A stretch of DNA of 64,000 nucleotides from NCBI RefSeq assembly GCF_006345805.1, contig NC_042999.1, forward strand, positions 134,602,001 through 134,666,000, read 5' to 3'. Of this stretch, positions 53,276 through 64,000 are shown piece by piece. Position 1 is the stretch's first letter, and each line of letters starts with the position of its first letter. Below the pieces are notes generated by a model that was not told the origin of the DNA, did no database searches, and saw only the letters and a list, made by a program, of their open reading frames with translations. The DNA is from Octopus sinensis. Lineage: Eukaryota. Both the position numbers and the translations under genes were made by a program.

Positions 53276-53893
53276 TACAGCGACGAAAATCACAAAGATC
53301 CAAACTAACAGTTTCCGTTTTATACATGTATCTAATAGCAAGTACCCGAGATTCATAAAACAAACCCCAAGGTTAAAACCCAAATGAAAGTAATATATGT
53401 ATGTGGGGGGGGGGGTGATTTTATGTATTATATCAGGTCACATTTCGAGCTATTGGCAACATGCAACCTAATACAACCTGACACATGGTCGGGATTTCGG
53501 TGACTAAACCGACACACCAACCAAGCCACCTCGTTTAGGATAATGGTTTTCGTTGGACAGCCTGCAGGACGAAAAACAAAACACGCGAAAGGGTGGAAGA
53601 ACTCAGCAAAGTCAACGCTCATCCAACAACTGAGCGTGAGAGAACCCCTAGTCTTTGCTTAGATCTCTCTCTAGAAGTAAATTCTGAAATACAAGCCGCC
53701 TCATTGCGAAGCCGGGAATCTTGTACTTGCTTGTTCTCGGACGACTTGGCTGTGTAGGTGAGAGTTTTAGCCGTGTTCTAAAAGCTGTTATTGACTTTAA
53801 ATTTCAGCACAAATATTACTGACAGCCATTATCATGAACATTTAGAACAATTCATCAGCGATGGTCATACTCGCCAACGAATTGATGGTCACC

Positions 53894-53924
<31 letters not shown>

Positions 53925-54007
53925 TGTATGTATGTATGTATGTATGTATGTATGTATGTATGTATATGTATATATATATATATGTATATATATGTATGTA
54001 TATATAT

Positions 54008-54048
<41 letters not shown>

Positions 54049-54055
54049 TGCATGT

Positions 54056-54612
54056 ATGTCAGGTCACTTTCGAGTGCTACTGGTAACATGTAACCCAGTA
54101 CTACCTGTTGCATGGTCGGGTCGTCGGCGACTAAACCGGCAACCCCACCAAGCTAGCTTGGTAAGGAGGGTGTTTATTGGTCACCCTGCGGGATGAAAAA
54201 CAAAACCCGTCAAAGGGCGGATGAACTCTTGAGAGTCAACGGCCATCCAATAAATGTCTTAAAGCTGTATCTTGCGCGGGGACATAGAAATAATCGGACT
54301 GAATACCCGATCGCGCAGTTAAACCATTGGGAGTGAAGGACTCCTAGCCTTTGTCAGGGCATCCTTCTAGGAGAAGGCAACTCAGGTAACTAGGATAACT
54401 CCGACATAAAACCTGCGGCTCAGTGGTTACCGATGATGTTGACTTGTTCTTCTTTTCGGATTATGGCCGCTGTTGCTTAGTGAGTGGGATTGACTCAGTG
54501 CACAGCCTTTCCTCACTTAAAAAAATATCTTCTTGCACAGGCATTGCACGATAACAACATTGATTAAGCTTCGTGCAATGGCCATACTCGATAACGAGGG
54601 GGCAGCCACCAT
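54056..54612 (+). mobile_element. Dispersed repeat, possible RTE-like 5' UTR (duplicated at 55710-56266)
   Basis: GC-richer block inserted in (TATG)n; homologous to 19870-20260; no ORF. Confidence 0.55.
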
Positions 54613-54639
54613 GTATGTATGTATATATATATGTATGTT

Positions 54640-55556
54640 TGTCATTATTCAGTTTTATTTCAAGCTTTCTTGCCAATAGAGAAAGAACCGGTTTCTAACC
54701 TGGATCCAAAGATTTACAGTTCCAGTTATCACTTGGACTTCTAGTCTTCGAATCAGCCTTTTCCTTCCTGGCTTTGAGAAGCCTGATTTCTCAAGATTGG
54801 CAATTAGGAAGTGTGTTACATATCCCAAGTGCCTCAATAATTACAGGTATAAACCTGAACCTCTAATTTGAGTAGAGTAACTGTAGGTTTCTCAATAGTT
54901 GTGCGTCTCTTTTTTTTTCTTCGCTGAGTTTTAGCTTTTTTATTGACATCCGCTGGGCAGTTGATTTCTACTATCATACACACTTTCTCTCTCTTTCCCA
55001 AATCACCGTCAGGTATATTAAGTTTATATTTTATTGAGGTTTTCTCTGGGATATCACACCTGTACTCGTATGTATGTCATTATTCAGTATATTTCAAGAT
55101 TTCTTGCCAACAGAGAAAGAACCAGTTTCTAACCTAGATCCAAAGATCCTTCATTGGAATTCAACATCAACGACAGGGTATTTTGTTTGTATGTATGTAT
55201 GTATGTATGTATGTATTATGTATGTATGTATGTATGTATGTATGTATGTATGTATGTATTTATGTATGTATGTATGTATGTATGTATGTATGTATGTATG
55301 TATGTATGTATGTGCAGATTTGTATGTTTTATGTATGTATTCCCATGCATATAGTTGCATATCTAGACATGCTCATATATATTTAAATGATAAACTTCTG
55401 GAAAGTTTCACAGATTTTTACAGTTCCAGTGATGGATTGGACCTGTAGCCTTCGAATTAGCTTTCTCCTTTCTGGTTTTGAGAAGCTTACTTTCTCAAGA
55501 TTGGTATTTAGGCAATGTATTACATATCCCAGGACCCCAATAATAACTTGTAATCT
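54640..55556 (-). mobile_element. Two R4/Dong-like RLE LINE 3' fragments (duplicated at 56294-57210)
   Basis: LQVIIGVLGYVIHCLNTNLEKVSFSKPERRKLIRRLQVQSITGTVKICETFQKF and LGYVTHFLIANLEKSGFSKPGRKRLIRRL. Confidence 0.75.
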
Positions 55557-55661
55557 GTATGTATGTATGTATGTATGTGTATGTATGTATGTATGTATGT
55601 ATGTATGTATGTATGTATATGTATATATATATATATGTATATATATGTATGTATTATATAT

Positions 55662-55702
<41 letters not shown>

Positions 55703-57579
55703 TGCATGTATGTCAGGTCACTTTCGAGTGCTACTGGTAACATGTAACCCAGTACTACCTGTTGCATGGTCGGGTCGTCGGCGACTAAACCGGCAACCCC
55801 ACCAAGCTAGCTTGGTAAGGAGGGTGTTTATTGGTCACCCTGCGGGATGAAAAACAAAACCCGTCAAAGGGCGGATGAACTCTTGAGAGTCAACGGCCAT
55901 CCAATAAATGTCTTAAAGCTGTATCTTGCGCGGGGACATAGAAATAATCGGACTGAATACCCGATCGCGCAGTTAAACCATTGGGAGTGAAGGACTCCTA
56001 GCCTTTGTCAGGGCATCCTTCTAGGAGAAGGCAACTCAGGTAACTGGGATAACTCCGACATAAAACCTGCGGCTCAGTGGTTACCGATGATGTTGACTTG
56101 TTCTTCTTTTCGGATTATGGCCGCTGTTGCTTAGTGAGTGGGATTGACTCAGTGCACAGCCTTTCCTCACTTAAAAAAATATCTTCTTGCACAGGCATTG
56201 CACGATAACAACATTGATTAAGCTTCGTGCAATGGCCATACTCGATAACGAGGGGGCAGCCACCATGTATGTATGTATATATATATGTATGTTTGTCATT
56301 ATTCAGTTTTATTTCAAGCTTTCTTGCCAATAGAGAAAGAACCGGTTTCTAACCTGGATCCAAAGATTTACAGTTCCAGTTATCACTTGGACTTCTAGTC
56401 TTCGAATCAGCCTTTTCCTTCCTGGCTTTGAGAAGCCTGATTTCTCAAGATTGGCAATTAGGAAGTGTGTTACATATCCCAAGTGCCTCAATAATTACAG
56501 GTATAAACCTGAACCTCTAATTTGAGTAGAGTAACTGTAGGTTTCTCAATAGTTGTGCGTCTCTTTTTCTTCGCTGAGTTTTAGCTTTTTTATTGACATC
56601 CGCTGGGCAGTTGATTTCTACTATCATACACACTTTCTCTCCTCTTTCCCAAATCACCGTCAGGTATATTAAGTTTATATTTTATTGAGGTTTTCTCTGG
56701 GATATCACACCTGTACTCGTATGTATGTCATTATTCAGTATATTTCAAGATTTCTTGCCAACAGAGAAAGAACCAGTTTCTAACCTAGATCCAAAGATCC
56801 TTCATTGGAATTTCAACATCAACGACAGGGTATTTTTGTTTGTATGTATGTATGTATGTATGTATGTATGTATGTATGTATGTATGTATGTATGTATGTA
56901 TGTATGTATGTATGTATGTATGTATGTATGTATGTATGTATGTATGTATGTATGTATGTATGTATGTGCAGATTTGTATGTTTTATGTATGTATTCCCAT
57001 GCATATAGTTGCATATCTAGACATGCTCATATATATTTAAATGATAAACTTCTGGAAAGTTTCACAGATTTTTACAGTTCCAGTGATGGATTGGACCTGT
57101 AGCCTTCGAATTAGCTTTCTCCTTTCTGGTTTTGAGAAGCTTACTTTCTCAAGATTGGTATTTAGGCAATGTATTACATATCCCAGGACCCCAATAATAA
57201 CTTGTAATCTGTATGTATGTATGTATGTATGTGTGTATGTATGTATGTATGTATGTATGTATGTATGTATATACGTATATATGTATGTATGTACGTATGT
57301 ATGGATGCATGTATGCATGTATTTATACACGCGAGCGCAATCATTCAAACATACACACTGTGACATACCACACCAAGGTCGACAACTTGAAACTCATTGT
57401 ACTGGTAAGGAAAGTTTTCATTTTCCAGTAAATATAATGAACTCCACATTTTTCCTCTTAAGTATTCATTTCTTCTTGTTCATGCATTCTTTGTGCCAAG
57501 GCATATATAATACACACTCGCACAGAAACACTCTTAAACGTGCGTGAGAGCGCACACACATACACAGACATACATGTGC

Positions 57580-57620
57580 AAATATATATATATATATATG
57601 TGTGTGTGTGCGTGTGTGTA

Positions 57621-57652
<32 letters not shown>

Positions 57653-57694
57653 GTATACACACACACACAGATATATATATATATTATATATATA

Positions 57695-57725
<31 letters not shown>

Positions 57726-57814
57726 GTATATATCTCCATATATATGTATTATTACATATATATATATATATATATATATACATACATCTATATATATATA
57801 TATACATATATATG

Positions 57815-57847
<33 letters not shown>

Positions 57848-57849
57848 CA

Positions 57850-57881
<32 letters not shown>

Positions 57882-57885
57882 GATA

Positions 57886-57949
<64 letters not shown>

Positions 57950-58028
57950 GTATATACACACACATATATATGTATATACATATTATATAGATATAGATAC
58001 AGATATATATATATATATGTGTGGTGTG

Positions 58029-58069
<41 letters not shown>

Positions 58070-58197
58070 GCACATACACACACACCTATATTAGAAATGT
58101 TTGTGCGTGTATATATACATATATATATGTATTATATACATAAATCTATCTATCTATATCTATATATATATATGTGTGTGTTCGCGCGTGTGTACAG

Positions 58198-58249
<52 letters not shown>

Positions 58250-58304
58250 ATGTCTCTGTCTCTTTCTCTCTCTGTCTCTCTGTCTCTCTCTATCTCTATA
58301 TATA

Positions 58305-58342
<38 letters not shown>

Positions 58343-58350
58343 AACATACA
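57580..58350. repeat. (TA)n/(CA)n/(CT)n microsatellite field
   Basis: Direct reading. Confidence 0.95.
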
Positions 58351-58492
58351 TACATAATATGCATGTATTCTTACATATACATATATACTTCTGTATACAC
58401 ACGCACACACTGAAACACGCACACACACACAACACTTTTATATTATGAATAATATATTCTCATTAATACTAATCCATACCATGCAAACTTAC

Positions 58493-58973
58493 TCCCTTTC
58501 TCCTTTTTTCACTCTCCATTGTCTCTCTCTTTTACTCTTTCTCTCTCTCTCTCACCCACTTTTACTCTTTCTCTCTCTCTCTCCGGAGTTCTAGTATTCA
58601 CCCTTTCGTCTTATACTTTCTTCACATCATCTTTCCTTATCCATCTTTCTCTTTATCTCTCATTTTCCATTTTCTTCTCTCACCCTCAGTTCATCTCACT
58701 CAGCCTCACAGACCGGCCTTTCTTCTTTCTATAAGAACAAAGCAGATCCACGGATATTGCACGGATTTTCAGATTCCAAAGGGATCTGGTGTCGCTAACA
58801 TGATGATAGACCGTTAAAGTGGTTTTATCCGACGATTTTGCTGAAATCCTCTGCTGGAATTATATACAAGCTGCGAGAATCGGCTGTTCCGTCTTCTTAG
58901 CTTAAGCTTTACAGCTCAGCTGAGTGAGCATACACAGTACAGTGGGAGAGTGACAAACATTCGTAGAGCGAGT
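58493..58973 (-). other. Candidate non-coding first exon
   Basis: Runs from the Inr-like A at 58973 to a donor GGA|gtaagt at 58492; unique sequence plus a GA-rich tract. Confidence 0.4.
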
Positions 58974-59002
58974 GAGCGAGTGAGTGAGAAGAGGTTTAAA
59001 TA
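58970..59002 (-). promoter_or_regulatory. Candidate core promoter (TATA-like + Inr-like)
   Basis: Minus strand TATTTAAA (59002-58995) lies 29 nt upstream of TCACTC (A at 58973); long (GA)n tracts upstream. Confidence 0.45.
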
Positions 59003-59144
59003 GACGGAGTCGTGTGTGTGTGCGCGCGCGCGCGTGTGTGTGTGTGTCTGTGTGTTTGTGTTTGTGCGTTTGTGTCTGTGTGTACGTGTACACGTGCAAG
59101 TCAAAGACAGCACGAGAACGACAAAGAGACAGTGAGTGAGAATG

Positions 59145-59352
59145 AGAGAGAGAGAGAGTAGAGAAAGTAGAGAGAGAGAGAAAGTAGAGAGAGAAAGAGA
59201 AAGTAGAGAGAGAGAGAGAAAGTAGAGAGAGAGAGAGAAAGTAGAGAGGGAGAAAGAGAGAAAGAGAGAAAGTAGAGAAAAAGAAAGTTGGAAGGTAATG
59301 AAATGATGTATAACGTGAAGGAGAGGAAACTTCAGGATGGGAGGCAGACGTA

Positions 59353-59392
<40 letters not shown>

Positions 59393-59420
59393 GAGTGAGA
59401 GAGAGAGAGAGAGAGAATGA
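59145..59420. repeat. GA-rich minisatellite (gagaaagtagaga units) and (GA)n
   Basis: Direct reading. Confidence 0.9.
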
Positions 59421-59534
59421 AGGAGAGAGTGAGAAGATAAAGAAGGAACGGCATTAAAGAGAGGAAAGGAAAGCTAATCGGAAAAATGTAAAAGCGGCTT
59501 CAATGAAGAGAAAGAGGTTATATCATCATAAAGC

Positions 59535-60015
59535 AGGGAGATTGACTTGGCTTGGCTTCAGCTAAGCTGGAAACATTACGGAATGAAGAAGTGGCAGAGA
59601 ATGGTGAGTGTGAGAGAGAGGTAGAGCAATGACAGAACTATAGATAGAGAGGGGCATGTAAAGCAGAGAGATTGGCTTGGCTTGGGCTTCAGCTAAGCTG
59701 GGAAACATTACGGAGTGAAGGAGTTGCAGAGAATAAGTAATGTCTAAGAGAGAGGGAGAGAGAACGAAGAGTAAAAAGAACTATGCACAGAGAGGGAATG
59801 TAAAGCTGAAAGATTTGGTTCGGCTTTGCTGGAAACATTACGGAGGTGAGAGAGTGAGAAAGGAGATAAAGAGTGATACATATGTATATATATATATATA
59901 TATATGAGAGATGGAGAGAGAGGGAGAGAGAGAGAGAGAGAGAGTATGTGGACCAGAGAGAGAGAGAGAGAGAGAGAGATTGACTTGGCTTCGGAGCTTA
60001 GCTTGGAAATATGGC
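59535..60015. repeat. Four diverged copies of a ~45-70-bp motif
   Basis: gagattg(a/g)cttggct..cagctaagctggaaacattacgga near 59538, 59668, 59811 and 59976. Confidence 0.8.
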
Positions 60016-60286
60016 TTTGCAAGAGTAAGGTAGGAAATGTTGGAAAGAAAGACATGAAGCAGAGAAAAATAAGCTATTTATAGAGAAAATGTAGTGTTGA
60101 GGGATAGAAATGGATTTACTATTAACAGTTAAACAGATAATGTAGCTATAGCGATGCGAGACGGGGATAAATATATAATGGAAACACTCACATATATACA
60201 TACACACGCGCGAACGCACGTATATGCATATATATATTATATATATATATGTACATGTATATATATATAAGATATATATAGATATA

Positions 60287-60369
<83 letters not shown>

Positions 60370-60547
60370 GTATGTAATGTATATATATATATGTATATGT
60401 ATATATATGTAACATTTATATATATATATATGATATCTATATATATATATGTATATATATATATGTACATGATAATATATATACATATATATATATATAT
60501 ATAATATATATAATATAATATATATTATATATTATATATATATATAT

Positions 60548-60960
60548 GATTGATTGATTGATTGATTGATTCTAGTTTCAGCTTATGAGCTGTGGCCATG
60601 CTGGGGCACCGCCATTTGGTGTTGCTACTTGGTTTTACTTCACGAAAGCTTTTTAGCAACTGCCATTTGGTGCATGAGAGAGTTCGATGCAGCTGCCCTC
60701 ATCTGCACCTCCTGCCGGGAAGTTGATTCATCTGGGACACCTGACAGGAAGAGATCCAGTTTCATTTTAAAGGCATCTGCATCTACCCCATGCAGGTCTC
60801 TTAGGTTCTTCGGGAGGATATTGAAGAGCTGTGGGCCTCGGAAGCCCAGGCTATCACAGAATCTTGTCCTACATCTTGATGGCAAGTTTGGAGTCCTAGG
60901 CACCACGCAGTGGCGCCCAGTTCTGGCATTTGCGTAACTCTCGATGCCAAAGTTTAGGAC
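60548..60960 (-). mobile_element. CR1-like LINE 3' end with (AATC)n tail
   Basis: RGPQLFNILPKNLRDL..FKMKLDLFLSGVPDE..AASNSL; 3' UTR ggcggtgccccagcatggccacagctcataagctgaaactag. Confidence 0.88.
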
Positions 60961-60966
60961 ATATAT

Positions 60967-61001
<35 letters not shown>

Positions 61002-61004
<3 letters not shown>

Positions 61005-61513
61005 ATAGAAATATTAAAATTACTAAGTCTCTCTAAAAGAGATTACGGCAGCGTTACTGGAAATTGTTATCGCCATATTAATATGGCAGTCTTATAGATA
61101 TAAGACTAAAAGCTGTCGCTGATTAGCTCCATGAGGCCATCGCCTTAAGATAGCTATTTGACACACAAACTGTGTCCATTATAACCTTCGAACAAGGGAG
61201 GTCAGCCGCTTCACACTGCTAGTCAGACAGCTACAGACGCGTTTCAGGGTATTTGCCCTTTGTCAATGTAGCGTAGTCGACACAGCAGGTGTCGCCACTG
61301 ATCGTCTCTGTTCGAAGGTTTTATTTACCTAGTTTCAGTGGAATACATCCACTTGTTTTCAATAATAGAAATATTAAAATTACTAAGTCTCTCTACGCTA
61401 CAAAGGGCAAATACCCTGAAACGCGTCTGTAGCTGTCTGACTAGCAGTGTGAAGCGGCTGACCTCCCTTGTTCGAAGGTTATAATGGACACAGTTTGTGT
61501 GTCAAATAGCTAT
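61002..61513 (-). mobile_element. Penelope-like pLTR / retrozyme-like unit with direct and inverted repeats
   Basis: 34-bp direct repeat at 61002-61035 and 61362-61395 (360-nt period). 114-bp inverted repeat 61150-61263 / 61400-61513. Contains a hammerhead; flanked by (TA)n. Confidence 0.8.
61230..61272 (-). ncRNA. Minimal type I hammerhead ribozyme, U3-A8 core variant
   Basis: Minus strand: gctaca TTGACAA aggg caaata ccct GAAAC GC GTC tgtagc. Perfect 6-bp stem I, 4-bp stem II, palindromic stem III, GUC triplet. Confidence 0.85.
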
Positions 61514-61718
61514 ATATATATAAATAGATGAGTGTATTTTTACCTTGTTAACAATTAACACGGAAAAAAAAAAAATAGTTACCAGGGCAGCAAAAATCTC
61601 ACAAGTAAAAGTGTTGTAACTCCTTGTTTATAAAGGTAGAAACTTCGTGTTTACGTTGAATATTTTGAATAATATGAATAAAAAAATGGAGTTAACGCAG
61701 GTGTAATAAAATATTTTT

Positions 61719-61804
61719 ACTTTCGACACATGTTTCGAAAATTCCACTGATACTATTCAAAAGAATAAATGGTATAAACAATGCAATCTTCTCCTTAGGA
61801 AAGT
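61719..61804 (-). ncRNA. Type I hammerhead motif (G5A, probably inactive) downstream of the GIY-YIG ORF
   Basis: Minus strand: actttc CTAAGGA gaagatt..aattttc GAAAC ATGT GTC gaaagt. Perfect 6-bp stem I and extended stem II. Confidence 0.75.
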
Positions 61805-62059
61805 GAAAAAAACGAAACTCGTCAATAAGACATTTTAGCAAAAAATGATGGATTTGTATAGCGATAGACAGAACGCTATTAATATTGTTTAAAAAAACGT
61901 TATGTGATATAACGTCATAAGTAGCTAACAGAAACAGTAGGGATATTAATAGTGAATGTTAAGTATAAAGGAAATTAAAGTTTAAATTATATATAATGAT
62001 AGAGACTACTTATATGCACTAAATGTATGTTTTTGCCAATGCTTACATCTGTATGCTCG

Positions 62060-62433
62060 CTCTATAACCGTGTTTACTAGAGTATTTTTAGAAAAAATAA
62101 TGAAAAATAGCTCAGAATTGCAGAGAAGACAGAATTTCTTGCCTTTGTCATATGGTATCGAAATTGAGAGAATCAATCATTCTAAATGAAATTGTTCATT
62201 GTGGTCTTTTAAATCCCAAATCAGTTTGCTGAGACCGGTACTATTCCGTTTATTTCTATCCCTAAATGTTGAGTAATGGATAGAAATTCTTTTAGATAAC
62301 TCTAACGATGTGCTTCCAATGTAAAATCGTACTTTATTACGAGTACTGATTATACACTGGTATATAGAATTTTTAACCTTAGAGTTACTTGACATAAACT
62401 TAATTCTATTGGAATTGACTTCAGATACAATAA

Positions 62434-62435
<2 letters not shown>
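62060..62435 (-). pseudogene. Penelope-like element GIY-YIG endonuclease fragment
   Basis: NSIYQC..FYIGST..KRISIHYSTF..STGLSKLIWDLKD, an in-frame stop, then PYDKGKKFCLLCNSELFFI..LVN. Confidence 0.85.
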
Positions 62436-62498
<63 letters not shown>

Positions 62499-62599
62499 TA
62501 CACACATGCACACATATACATATATATATGTGTGTATACGTGTGTGCGTATATAAACGTGTGTGTGGGCGCGTGTGTGTGTGTGTGCACATACATTACT

Positions 62600-63752
62600 C
62601 TCTTTTTTTCTTTCTTTTACTAGCTTCAGTTCAAGGGTTCTGGCCATGCTAGTGTATTACCAATTGGTGTTTCTACGCCTTCAATAAATAAATGGTTTTC
62701 GTGAAAGATTGATGCTGCTGCTCTCATTCCCCTTTCCTGCCGTCAAGTGACTCATCTTGAGAGTAGGAGACATCTACATCCACACCATGTTGGTCTCTCA
62801 ACTCATTCGAGAGGATATTGAAGAACTGTAGACTCTTGAATACTAAGCTATTGCAGTATCAGGTAATGGATTTTGACGGCAGGTGGGGGATTTTAGGCAC
62901 TATGCAATGGCCCTCTTTTTCTTTCGTTTGTATAACTTCCAACGCCAAAGTTTGGGACAAGTCTTTCCAGAATCTTCTCATATATATTGCAGCATATCTT
63001 TCCCACTTTCGTTCCAGAGAGTAAAGTCTTAATCTCTTGAGTATTTCCCAGTAGCTAATTTGTTGCTTTCAGTCTTATCTTCTTCATGGAAATTCGCTGA
63101 ACTGCTTCGAGTTCTGCTGTTAATTTCACACTATGTCGTGACCATAGTTGGGAGCAATGCCCTCCAGAGGAGTATCATGGTTTCCAGCTCTTTTGTTCTG
63201 AAAGTTCTATGAATCCATGCCAACTGAGTAATATGCACATGGAAGGATGCGTCACTACATATGTCGACGCCCAGGTCACGAACTGGTTGTGATTCTGGAA
63301 CTGCGATCCCTCCAGGTCCAATGTATTCTGTTTGCATTGCATTTAACTTTGCCAGCTGATAGCGTAGGTCTTGGAACTTTCCTGCAATAAACTACATGTT
63401 GTGGTCGTCAGCCCACTTATATATTACGTCTAACTCTTGTTGCGGGTGCATATCTTCCTCGGGGTTTTGAATTACCAGTGAAACGTTTGTACCATCTACA
63501 TAGCTTGTGAGGGTGGCTCTCTGGGTGGATAAAGGTATAGCTGAGAGGGCTACTATGAACAGTACTAGCCCCAAGACAGTGCCCAGTGAGACACCACTCA
63601 TTATTTGCGTTTCCTTTAAGGTGGCCCCGTTGTCTACTACTACTACTACTACCTGATTTCTATCTTTCAGAAAGTCATGTAGCTATTCTCCTATTTTCCA
63701 GTTATGCCAAAATCACACAGTTTGTGTCATATGACCGACTTTATCGAAGGCC
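62600..63752 (-). mobile_element. Old CR1-like LINE (RT to 3' end)
   Basis: KAFDKV, SGVSLGTVLGLVLFIV, SYVDGT (YADD-like), IYKWADDHNM, VRDLGV, WIHRTFRT; tail similar to the 60548 element. Confidence 0.85.
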
Positions 63753-64000
63753 TTCCCCACCCCGCTTTTATTCCTCCACCCACTTTTATTTCCCTCGCTT
63801 TCATTCTCCCCACCCCCGTTTATTAATTTTTCAGATTTTTTCTACCACCCCACTTTTATTCCCCGCCTCGCTTATTAATTTTTAAGATCCTTTCCGCTTA
63901 TTAAATTTTGCTAATCTATCTCAGGTGAAATTTTATTGTAAGCTATTCATATTGATACAACAGCTGGAGAATCTGATAATTATTTTATTTTACGTTAAAA

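Larger units (their letters stand above)
53897..57210. repeat. Near-identical tandem duplication, 1,654-bp period
   Basis: aggtca at 54061/55715 and taatct at 55551/57205; junctions lie in (TATG)n. Confidence 0.95.

Noticed and set aside
54072-54145. Structured 5' region tested as an HDV-like ribozyme
   Set aside because: Local hairpins exist (tactgg/ccagta, gtcg/cgac), but I could not build P1, P1.1 and P2 of the nested pseudoknot.
59145-60015. CRISPR-like repeat-spacer pattern
   Set aside because: Repeats are diverged and irregularly spaced, spacers are low complexity, the context is eukaryotic and there are no cas genes.
61393-61433. Plus-strand hammerhead copy in the inverted arm
   Set aside because: Stems are present, but 6 nt of the catalytic core are deleted.

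Overview
AT-rich, repeat-dominated eukaryotic DNA with no convincing long protein-coding gene; almost all listed ORFs are microsatellite artefacts. The SINE repertoire and microsatellite density resemble an octopus (coleoid cephalopod) genome, which is an inference. The window holds three tRNA-derived SINE families (about 30 copies or fragments). It also holds decayed LINEs (CR1, RTE, R4/Dong-like, HERO-like), a Penelope-like GIY-YIG fragment, DNA transposons (mariner, Tc1, a Ginger/KRBA2-type integrase element bounded by TIRs), three MITEs, a 1,654-bp tandem duplication and a 100-N gap. The most interesting signal not shown by the ORF track is five type I hammerhead-ribozyme motifs in unrelated sequence contexts. 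One has a compensatory U3-A8 core inside a 360-nt repeat unit with an inverted, core-deleted copy; three have long stem II insertions. Other signals: a SINE/CR1 shared 3' tail with a covarying stem, and a candidate minus-strand TATA+Inr promoter and first exon near 58.5-59.0 kb, with weak candidate exons further downstream. Coordinates were read by eye; decayed-element boundaries are approximate.
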